Below are positions 1 to 7,379 of a DNA stretch of 43,548 nucleotides, in pieces. Both the position numbers and the translations under genes were made by a program. Origin of the DNA: an uncultured Ruminococcus sp. (lineage in GTDB: Bacteria; Bacillota; Clostridia; RUG12999); contig CACZWA010000001.1 in NCBI GenBank assembly GCA_902784685.1, forward strand, positions 1 to 43,548, in the 5' to 3' direction. Position 1 is the first letter of the stretch. Every line of letters begins with the position of its first letter. The notes under the pieces were generated by a model, which was not told the origin of the DNA, ran no database searches, and was given only the letters and a program-made list of their open reading frames with translations.

Positions 1-1003
1 TCGTTTATTTCAATTCCGAGTCCCGGTTTATCGGGAATTGAAATATATCCGTCCTTATATTCAAGGCTTTCGTTTGTGACGTATTTTCGCCATTCAACAT
101 CGGAATACATAATTTCAAGTATCTCAAAATTCGGGCAGGTTGCCGCAAGCTGTAATGTCGCCGCATTCGCGACAGGTCCCGAAGGATTGTGCGGCGCAAA
201 AGGAATATATCTGCTTTCGGCCTCCGCGGCGATTTTTTTAAGCTCCATAATGCCTCCCGCGTGAGAAATATCGGGCTGAATATAATCCGCCGCCATTTTA
301 TCAAATATCCTTCTGTAATCCCAGCGGGTATAAAGCCGCTCTCCCGCAGAAATCGCAACAGGCGATTTATCCCTTACCGCTTTTAAAGCGTCAATGTTAT
401 CGGGCGGTACAGGCTCTTCAAAAAACATAGGCTTAAAACATTCAAGCTCTTTCGCGATTTTTATGCCTGTCGGAATGTTGAATCTTCCATGTCCTTCTAT
501 AAGTAAATCAACCTTTTCCCCAACCGCTTCTCTTACAGCGGCAACACATTTAAGCGCTTTAGTGAGATCGGCATTTGAAATATTGAGATAGCTTTTTCCG
601 AAAGGGTCCCATTTCATAGCCGTTACGCCTCTTTGAACCGCAATTTTCGCTTTCTCGCCAAATTCCTCCGGCTCCTTAGCTCCCGCAAACCAGCCGTTTA
701 CATATATACGAGAAGCTGATAAACAGGTACATTTAATTTTTTGCCCAGAATATCCCATAAAGCCATCTCCACTGCAGAAAGCGCCGACATAAGCACAGCT
801 CCGCCACGCCAATACGCGTCACGGTAAATACTGTGCCAATGCTTTTCGATATCAAGCGGATTTTGCCCGACAAGATATTCTTTGATATGTTCAAGCGCGC
901 CGAGCAGCGCTTTTTCCTTATATTCAAGCGTTGCTTCGCCCACACCGTCAATGCCTTCGTCCGTATAAACCTTTACAAATACCCAGTTTGTACGGTTTCT
1001 GTA
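1..1003 (-). pseudogene. Disrupted enolase-superfamily gene (mandelate racemase/muconate lactonizing family, D-galactonate/D-mannonate dehydratase-like). The 3' end runs off the window.
   Basis: ORF 698..943 gives the N-terminal part (GVGEATLEYKEKA...MALWDILGKKLNVPVYQLL, then a stop). My translation of a second minus frame (codons 3..818, no stops) gives SRIYVNGWFAGAKEPEEF..LIEGHGRF..FFEEPVPPDN..AISAGERLY..YIQPDISHAGGI..FAPHNPSGPV..KDGYISIPDKPGLGIEIN. The frames switch near 700-716, where a few codons (the LLGG..R region) appear to be deleted out of frame. An in-frame TAA at 1004-1006 leaves no start codon for the first beta strand (YRNRTNWVFVKVYTDEGIDG). Confidence 0.6.
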
Positions 1004-1010
1004 TTATTTT

Positions 1011-2324
1011 TTATTTGTAATCGCCTAAATAGTCTACATTCTTTTCAAAAATTTCATCACACATATTGCGGATTTCTTCCATAGAGCATACCGCCGATGT
1101 AAGCGGATCCATATAACAAGCGTAATACACAAGCTCCTTGCTCTTCTTCCTGCTTGCTTCTATAACAAGATTTTCAAGCCTTGCGGTTGTATTAACCAAA
1201 ATTGCAAGGTGGTCGGGAAGGTTGCCTGCTATTGTGGTTTTAAATCCCATTCTGTCAGACACAACCGGAACCTCAACACAGGCATCATACGGCAAATTGG
1301 GAATAGAACCGCAATTTTGGACATTACCGTTAAATATCATTGGAAGACCGTCGCCAAAACGTGAATTGAAGATATTTGCAGCATATTCTTCACTTTTATT
1401 AAAATCAAACTCTTTATCAAGCCATTCTTTATATTGTTGCTCTACATTCTGTTTTCTTGTCATTCTTTTATTTAACGAGTATGCATATTCTCCCGGATTC
1501 CAATTCGTGCCGTGAGTACAATACTTTTCAATTAAATCGGGTCTTTTTCTGAACCACTGATTATATTCTGAGTTATGTCCACTTGACTCGGTTACATAAT
1601 ATCCAAGCTTCAAAAACATTTCGTTTCTGACAATTTCTTTATTGTAATATTCCTCATTTTCAAGCAGCTTGCGCAGTCTCGGATATAAATTCTCACCCTT
1701 GTATGATAATTCGGTATAAAATGCCTGATGATTTACTCCCATACATTTATAATTCACTTCATTTAACGGAACATTCAGCCATTCCGCAAGCATCTGAACC
1801 GTGTGCTGAACACTGTGACATAATCCTGTTACTTGCACATTGCTATGTTTTTGCATAGCTCCGCAAAGCATCGACATTGGATTTGTATAATTTAAAAATA
1901 CTGCATTGGGACAATATTTTTCGATATCATTACATATATCAAGCATAAGAGGGATGTTTCTAAGTGCCCTGAAAATACCTGAAATGCTTCTTGTATCACC
2001 TATATTAATATTAACACCGTATTTTTTGGGTATCTCAATTTCATATCTCCAAATATCTACATCACCATTGAATACGGTACATAAAACGCCGTCAGCACCC
2101 ATAAGCGCATCCTTGCGACTCATTGTGGGAACTATTTTACATTTTGGCTTGTTCATATCATGTACAATACGATTACAGATTTTTGATATCCAATCAAGAT
2201 TTGTGGCATTAATATCCATAAGATATATCTCGCTGTCTTCAAAAGCGGGAAAATTCAAAAGATCTATCAATGTCTTTGTTGTAAATTGCAGACTTCCTGC
2301 ACCAATAAATGCAAATTTACTCAT
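1011..2324 (-). CDS. Glycoside hydrolase family 4, an NAD/Mn-dependent alpha-glycosidase (MelA/AglA/LplD-like)
   Basis: N-terminal Rossmann motif KFAFIGAGSLQF and the GH4 signature TGLCHSVQHT. GGAG lies 8 nt before the ATG at 2324; the ATG at 2339 sits inside that RBS. Confidence 0.85.
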   Translation of the reverse strand: MSKFAFIGAGSLQFTTKTLIDLLNFPAFEDSEIYLMDINATNLDWISKICNRIVHDMNKPKCKIVPTMSRKDALMGADGVLCTVFNGDVDIWRYEIEIPKKYGVNINIGDTRSISGIFRALRNIPLMLDICNDIEKYCPNAVFLNYTNPMSMLCGAMQKHSNVQVTGLCHSVQHTVQMLAEWLNVPLNEVNYKCMGVNHQAFYTELSYKGENLYPRLRKLLENEEYYNKEIVRNEMFLKLGYYVTESSGHNSEYNQWFRKRPDLIEKYCTHGTNWNPGEYAYSLNKRMTRKQNVEQQYKEWLDKEFDFNKSEEYAANIFNSRFGDGLPMIFNGNVQNCGSIPNLPYDACVEVPVVSDRMGFKTTIAGNLPDHLAILVNTTARLENLVIEASRKKSKELVYYACYMDPLTSAVCSMEEIRNMCDEIFEKNVDYLGDYK

Positions 2325-2387
2325 AAGAAAAATCTCCATTCTGCCGTTTTTCGGCGTAAAATTTTTTATAATTTAATAATTATGTAA

Positions 2388-3455
2388 TTACTCTATGCCC
2401 ATTTTATCAATGAGCTCATCGTTGAATTTTCCGTCTTTATATATGCAATTTCCGTCAACATAAATTACAGGGTCGTGAATATCAAAATCTATATGTTCGG
2501 TCGAATGAATAATTTCTCCCCGCTGGCTATTATTTCCTATCGCAACATGTACACAGTGTATCTGGTGGCTTCCATCTACCTGCCAACCATAAATATTGTT
2601 TTCTATTGAGGTTGTGGCAACTATTCCAAGCTCATCACACAAATTAGGCTTCGGTGAAACCGCTTCCATCAACTTATCAAGCCTTTTAACCTGTTCGGCA
2701 TCACCGCTGTATTCCACCAGAACGCTGTCCTTATAAACCATTCTCAAAGGTTTTTTGTATATTTCTCTATATCCCGGAAGATTTGCTCTGATTGGGAATT
2801 TACGTTGATTGTAAGCTCTTTCCGACGCGCCGTCCGCAACGACAACACCGTTTGCGCTTCCTATTGACGGTATTACGGCAACCTCAGAATAAAACGGTAT
2901 AATACCCTCTACGGGATACATTCCGTCGGGAGAATTTCCAACTTTACAGTAAAAATCCGTTCCCGCCTCGGTTGTAACATGCACTTCATCGGCTTTTTTA
3001 AGCCATGTAAACAATTTTTCCGCGCGTGTACGGTTTTTAAGAACTTCTTCTTCATCAATATTCCATTTATCAAGACCCGCGATTTCAAAAATATATCTTT
3101 TGCCGACTCCGGTAAGATACGCGTCACTGTCTTTATCCGAACCTAAATATTTCGCGAAGTTGGTTTTAATCTGAGGAGTTACCATAAAAGCGATATCCGC
3201 GTGCAAAACAGCTTGCCTCAAAGGCTCCATGATGGGAATATTATCGTAGCCTTCCTCTCCGCCATAAATATCTACATCAGCAATAAATGAATTTATACCC
3301 AAATCCTTTGCGCATTCACAAAAAAGCCTCGCGTTTGAATACGACTCGGAATCTGCAAGCATAATTATGTTGTCACCTTTTTTTGCTTTAGCGATTTTCT
3401 CCAAAATAAATTTTGAATTTTTCCATGCAATTTTTGCTCTTTCCTCAGTAATCAT
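2388..3455 (-). CDS. M29-family aminopeptidase T / NicX-like metalloenzyme homologue
   Basis: The overall pattern (C-terminal HCVHVAIGNN..EHIDFDI) resembles COG2309 aminopeptidase-T-like proteins. The function is uncertain. AAAGGGG lies 6-7 nt before the ATG at 3455 (MITEERAKIA). Confidence 0.55.
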   Translation of the reverse strand: MITEERAKIAWKNSKFILEKIAKAKKGDNIIMLADSESYSNARLFCECAKDLGINSFIADVDIYGGEEGYDNIPIMEPLRQAVLHADIAFMVTPQIKTNFAKYLGSDKDSDAYLTGVGKRYIFEIAGLDKWNIDEEEVLKNRTRAEKLFTWLKKADEVHVTTEAGTDFYCKVGNSPDGMYPVEGIIPFYSEVAVIPSIGSANGVVVADGASERAYNQRKFPIRANLPGYREIYKKPLRMVYKDSVLVEYSGDAEQVKRLDKLMEAVSPKPNLCDELGIVATTSIENNIYGWQVDGSHQIHCVHVAIGNNSQRGEIIHSTEHIDFDIHDPVIYVDGNCIYKDGKFNDELIDKMGIE

Positions 3456-3636
3456 CTTTTTACCCCTTTGATGTATAATATTTGCAGCAAAAAACATTTG
3501 TTCGATTTCCATTTTGAAAAATAACTATTGACAAATTTTATTTTTTGTTGTAATATTATTATATTATATATATTATGTGAAATATATATAATTTTTACTC
3601 AATTTGTTAGAAATATTACTCAAAGGAGTGATTTTT

Positions 3637-4440
3637 TTGAATAATTTGATTTTGCCCGAAAATATCAGTGTGGGAATTTTTGATGCTAAACAAAAATATA
3701 TAAATATTGATGTCACAAAAAACAGATTGGTAAAAGTGTTTGAAATAGAGCTTCCTATGGAAGACGGCGGTATATCATATATTGATGACGATGAATGCCC
3801 TATAGAAACGACAACGCTTATTTGCGCAAAGCCGGGACAGATAAGGAGAACAAGGATGCCGTTCAAGTGCTATTTTATTCATATGATTGTAACTCACGGC
3901 GCAATTTATGATATGCTTATTTCCGCCCCGAATTTTATAAAAATCGAAAAATATTCCAAATATAAAAAGCTTTATTCCGAAATGCTTGACCATTATATAA
4001 ATATGGAAAGTAACGAGAGAATTATGCTTTCCAGCTTGTTTTTGAAGCTTGTATATTTAATGTATCTCGAATCGCGGCATATGCCGGAAATAAACGGGCT
4101 TAGCATAGGAAGCAACAATCTTATCAAAAAATCAATGGATTATATGAAAAACAACCTCGAAAAACCGCTTACGCTTTCTGAAATAGCCGATTATGTTTCT
4201 TTAAGCCCTGTATATTTTCATAATTGTTTTAAGACGGCTGTCGGCAAAACTCCGCATGAGTTTCTAAATGAGCAGAGGATAAAAAGAGCGGCAAATTTGC
4301 TGCTCTCAAAAGATTGGAATCTTGCAGAAATCGCTTATGAATGTGGGTTTTCATCCCAATCGTATTTCAGTTACGCTTTTAAAAAGGCGATGAATATGAC
4401 GCCGAGACAATATGTGAAAAAAATGTTTGAGAAATATTAA
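3637..4440 (+). CDS. AraC-family transcriptional regulator, divergent from the GH4 operon
   Basis: C-terminal double HTH: LSEIADYVSLSPVYFHNCFKTAVGKTPHEFLNEQRIKRAANLL..IAYECGFSSQSYFSYAFKKAMNMTPRQY. AAAGGAG lies 8 nt before the TTG at 3637; the ORF track starts at 3604. Confidence 0.9.
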   Translation: MNNLILPENISVGIFDAKQKYINIDVTKNRLVKVFEIELPMEDGGISYIDDDECPIETTTLICAKPGQIRRTRMPFKCYFIHMIVTHGAIYDMLISAPNFIKIEKYSKYKKLYSEMLDHYINMESNERIMLSSLFLKLVYLMYLESRHMPEINGLSIGSNNLIKKSMDYMKNNLEKPLTLSEIADYVSLSPVYFHNCFKTAVGKTPHEFLNEQRIKRAANLLLSKDWNLAEIAYECGFSSQSYFSYAFKKAMNMTPRQYVKKMFEKY

Positions 4441-4448
4441 ACTAAAAA

Positions 4449-4487
4449 CCCCGTGATGAGATTTGTTTTTCTCTTCACGGGGTTTTG
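4449..4487. terminator. Bidirectional rho-independent terminator between the AraC and SanA genes
   Basis: Stem ccccgtga (4449-4456) pairs with tcacgggg (4475-4482). It is flanked by an A-run upstream and a T-run downstream. Confidence 0.7.
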
Positions 4488-5177
4488 CTATTTATCATTT
4501 GTAATATCTCCATTACCGCTTACAGGTATAGCTTCGCCGAGATATTTGGGATCTGGTTTAAATATACTTGTAAAGAAATCTTTGACGCGTGCAAGGATTT
4601 CTCTTGTGCTGCGAACCTCTTGCCCGGGATAACTGTGCAAATCCGCCGGTACTCCTTTGGCGGAAATGCCAAGCATATCCGCAATATAAAGAGCGCGGTA
4701 AAGGTGATATTTCTGTGAAACTATTATTATACTGTCTGCCATAAATATTTCTTTTGCGCGGCAGACACTGTCATAGGTACAAAAGCCCGCATGATCCATA
4801 AAAATGTCCTCCGAAGGCACACCGAGCGAAACGGCAAATTGCTTCATAACATTTACTTCATCATAATTTTTTCTGCCGTGGTCGCCTGACATAATGAGCT
4901 TTTTAATCTTTCCGTCCTTATAAAGATTAATTCCTGTAATCAGCCTGTCACGAAGCATATCGGATGGAGTGCCGTCGGGGCGCACGCCGCAGCCGAGAAT
5001 AAGAGCGCATTCGCCGAAAGCGTTTTTGGAATTAATTATTTTTTTGCGTTCTTTAAGAATAATTCCAAAGTTTATAAATATGCAAACGATAATTATGGTT
5101 ATGATAATCATAAGTATTATTTTAAACGTTTTTTTTATATTAATACACTTCTTTCGTAAATATATTTTAATATACAT
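4488..5177 (-). CDS. SanA/YdcF (DUF218) family membrane protein
   Basis: An N-terminal TM segment (IILMIIITIIIVCIFINFGII) is followed by ALILGCGVRPDGTPSDMLRDRL..LIMSGDHGRKNYDEVNVM..DHAGFCTYDS..IIIVSQKYHLYRA. The start is uncertain: ATG 5177 or TTG 5240, with no clear RBS for either. Confidence 0.8.
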   Translation of the reverse strand: MYIKIYLRKKCINIKKTFKIILMIIITIIIVCIFINFGIILKERKKIINSKNAFGECALILGCGVRPDGTPSDMLRDRLITGINLYKDGKIKKLIMSGDHGRKNYDEVNVMKQFAVSLGVPSEDIFMDHAGFCTYDSVCRAKEIFMADSIIIVSQKYHLYRALYIADMLGISAKGVPADLHSYPGQEVRSTREILARVKDFFTSIFKPDPKYLGEAIPVSGNGDITNDK

Positions 5178-5287
5178 ATTATAAAACAATATATGAAAAA
5201 TGTCAATATTACCATATATTTCGGTTTTTCGTTTAGCCAATATATGATTTTTAGTCGAAATAATTTTAAAAAAATTCCGCGTTTGTA

Positions 5288-5316
5288 TTGCAAAACATGT
5301 TTTTTTGTGCTAAAAT
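5288..5316 (+). promoter_or_regulatory. Sigma-A-type promoter for ychF
   Basis: TTGCAA (5288-5293), 17-nt spacer, TAAAAT (5311-5316), preceded by TGc (extended -10). Confidence 0.5.
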
Positions 5317-5351
5317 ATATAAAGTAATTAGAGAAAGGCATGGTTATAAAT

Positions 5352-6446
5352 ATGAAGCTTGGTATTGTAGGCTTGCCAAATGTGGGCAAAAGCACACTTT
5401 TTAACGCAATCACAAAGGCGGGCGCGGAGTCCGCAAATTATCCGTTTTGTACTATTGAACCAAACGTCGGGATTGTTGCTGTTCCTGATGAGCGTCTTGA
5501 CAAACTTGCCGAAATGTATCATCCGCAAAAGATTACGCCTGCGGTTATTGAGTTTGTAGATATTGCGGGACTTGTTAAAGGTGCAAGCAAGGGTGAAGGA
5601 CTTGGTAATAAATTTCTTTCACATATTCGCGAGGTGGACGCCATAATTCACGTTGTGCGCTGCTTTGAGGATACGAATATTATTCACGTTGACGGCAGCG
5701 TAAATCCGCTTCGGGATATCGAAACAATCAATTTTGAACTTATTTTTGCGGATATTGAAACTGTTGACAGACGAATCGACAAGGCGGCAAAAGCCGCAAA
5801 GGGAGATAAGGCTCAGCAGCGTGTGGTTGATGTGTTAAAGCGTATAAAAGCCGTGCTTGAAAGCGGAAAGCCCGCAAGAAGCGCGGAGCTTACAGATGAT
5901 GAAAAGGAGCTTCTTTCGGACTGCATACTTCTTACAAACAAGCCTATAATATATGCCGCAAACGTTGCGGAAACCGATTTTAAAGACGGTATAGAAAACA
6001 ATCCGTTTTACATGCAGGTTAAAGAGCTTGCGGAAAGCGAAAACGCGGGCGTGCTTCCGATTTCGGCAAAAATAGAGGAGGAAATTTCCGAGCTTGACGA
6101 TGAGGACAAAAAGGTTTTCCTTGAAGATATCGGACTTGAAGAATCGGGACTTGACAGACTGATAAAAGCAAGCTACGCACTCCTCGGACTGATAAGCTAT
6201 CTTACGGCGGGAGAGCCTGAAGTCAGAGCCTGGACTATTAAAAACGGTACAAAGGCTCCGCAGGCGGCGGGAAAAATTCACAGCGATTTTGAGCGCGGCT
6301 TTATCAGAGCGGAGGTTGTCGCATATAATGACCTTATGGCGTGCGGCACAATGCTTGCCGCAAAGGAAAAAGGGCTTGTGCGCTCCGAAGGCAAGGAATA
6401 TGTTATGAAAGACGGAGATATAGTTCTTTTCAGATTCAACGTATAA
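5352..6446 (+). CDS. ychF: Ribosome-binding ATPase YchF (Obg-family)
   Basis: [57 protein letters not shown], and a C-terminal TGS-like end. An alternative start is at 5340. Confidence 0.95.
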   Translation: MKLGIVGLPNVGKSTLFNAITKAGAESANYPFCTIEPNVGIVAVPDERLDKLAEMYHPQKITPAVIEFVDIAGLVKGASKGEGLGNKFLSHIREVDAIIHVVRCFEDTNIIHVDGSVNPLRDIETINFELIFADIETVDRRIDKAAKAAKGDKAQQRVVDVLKRIKAVLESGKPARSAELTDDEKELLSDCILLTNKPIIYAANVAETDFKDGIENNPFYMQVKELAESENAGVLPISAKIEEEISELDDEDKKVFLEDIGLEESGLDRLIKASYALLGLISYLTAGEPEVRAWTIKNGTKAPQAAGKIHSDFERGFIRAEVVAYNDLMACGTMLAAKEKGLVRSEGKEYVMKDGDIVLFRFNV

Positions 6447-6523
6447 AAATACAGTATTTAAGTTTAAAATAGGGGACAGCGGAAACGCGCGGAATTCAGA
6501 TAGTCTGTGGTGCGCGATGTTCT

Positions 6524-6607
6524 GCAGAAGGGAAACGTGACAAAAATGGCACGTCCCCGTGTCACGCAGAAGGGAAACGTGACAAAAATGGCACGTCCCC
6601 GTGTCAC
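6524..6607 (+). repeat. Perfect tandem duplication, 2 x 42 bp, of a local repeat family (orientation B)
   Basis: 6524-6565 and 6566-6607 are both gcagaagggaaacgtgacaaaaatggcacgtccccgtgtcac. Each unit has 7-bp inverted arms CGTGACA/TGTCACG separated by 17 nt. Confidence 0.95.
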
Positions 6608-6688
6608 GTAAAAGATGCCAAGACCTGTGATTATCTTAACGGGATAGTAAGCAGTACAAGTATTTCGGAAGATCATTTAAAAGCCGTC

Positions 6689-6877
6689 TTGTCAAAGCAC
6701 ATAATCACAGGTAGTATCTACGATAGTTTGAAAGCAGAGGATTATAATAAATTTATTTTCGAACGTGCTGAAGAAATAAAGAAGTTATTTGATAACATAG
6801 GGGTTGTTTTTAGAAGCGTTAACCAAGATGAGATTGAAGTTGAAGAAGATGACTATGAAGAGGAAGAAGATGAATAA
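6689..6877 (+). CDS. Small acidic hypothetical ORF, probably the tail of a gene remnant
   Basis: 62 aa ending DEIEVEEDDYEEEEDE. It has a TTG start with no RBS. The same frame is open back to 6473 with no start codon. The segment is visibly more AT-rich than its neighbours. Confidence 0.2.
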   Translation: MSKHIITGSIYDSLKAEDYNKFIFERAEEIKKLFDNIGVVFRSVNQDEIEVEEDDYEEEEDE

Positions 6878-6881
6878 GAGT

Positions 6882-6959
6882 ATCATGGGGGACGCTTTAG
6901 GTGGTTAACGTGTCATGGGGACGCGTGTCATGGGGACGTGCCGGTTTTGTCACATTTTT
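6882..6959 (+). repeat. Repeat-family copies in orientation A: three tandem (a/g)TCATGGGG(G)ACGc cores, ending in a full 36-bp unit
   Basis: atcatgggggacgc (6882-6895), aacgtgtcatggggacg (6907-6923), cgtgtcatggggacgtgccggttttgtcacattttt (6924-6959). The last is the reverse-complement relative of the 42-bp units. Confidence 0.9.
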
Positions 6960-6984
6960 CATGTAAATTGAAAGCGTGTTGACG

Positions 6985-7143
6985 CTCTCCGTCACGGCTT
7001 ATGCCGTGCCACCTCTCAGGGAGTGAGAGGCTCCCGTAGGCTCTCCCTTCGGGAGAGCTGTCAGCAAAGCTGACTGAGAGGGCGCAAACCATAAAAAGGT
7101 GGTAGTGCAGTGAGAGGCGTAATGCCCGCGTTTACAAGGGCAT
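6985..7143. other. Cluster of short perfect hairpins (structured repeat-like element or ncRNA candidate)
   Basis: The hairpins are cacggc-ttat-gccgtg (6993-7008), cctctca-gggag-tgagagg (7012-7030), ctctccc-ttc-gggagag (7041-7057), gtcagc-aaa-gctgac (7060-7074) and atgccc-N10-gggcat (7122-7143). An alternative partner, ctgagagg (7073-7080), could pair with 7012-7019. Confidence 0.7.
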
Positions 7144-7167
7144 AGCCGAAGTAAACGTGTTTTTTTT
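7127..7167 (+). terminator. Rho-independent terminator on the + strand, closing the 6.5-7.17 kb unit
   Basis: Stem cgtttac (7129-7135) pairs with gtaaacg (7151-7157), extendable by G-U and C-G pairs. An 8-T run follows at 7160-7167. Confidence 0.55.
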
Positions 7168-7306
7168 GGAGAGGAAAAACAGTGGAGCAAGTGACTGATT
7201 TTTTATGAAGTAAAAATCGGAACAAGCGTAACTTGTTTTGACGAGGAGAGGAGGAACAAGAGAGCGAGCGGATGTTTTAGTTCTCTGATGGATATTGATA
7301 AACTTA

Positions 7307-7337
7307 GGGGGACAGTGTCACGTCCCCCCTTGTCATG
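7307..7337 (+). repeat. Degenerate repeat-family copy forming a GC hairpin, just 3' of the SLH gene
   Basis: gggggac (7307-7313), loop agtgtcac, gtccccc (7322-7328), then cttgtcatg. It shares CACGTCCCC..TGTCA with the 42-bp units. Confidence 0.6.
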
Positions 7338-7379
7338 TTTCTGCCCCCAAAAAAAATGTCCCGTTAAACTGTTTCCCGC

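Noticed and set aside
5-358. 117-aa minus-strand ORF at the left edge
   Set aside because: It is the wrong frame of the enolase-superfamily pseudogene. The neighbouring frame (codons at 3..818) gives clean enolase-barrel motifs.
6524-6607. Possible CRISPR array, because of identical 42-bp units containing palindromic arms
   Set aside because: There are only two units, directly abutting with no spacers. No leader or cas genes occur anywhere in the window. The other copies are dispersed and in both orientations.
6999-7190. 63-aa minus-strand ORF (..LTALPKGEPTGASHSLRGGTA)
   Set aside because: It is the conceptual translation of consecutive DNA palindromes. It has no RBS and an implausible composition. 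I treat it as a structured repeat rather than a gene.
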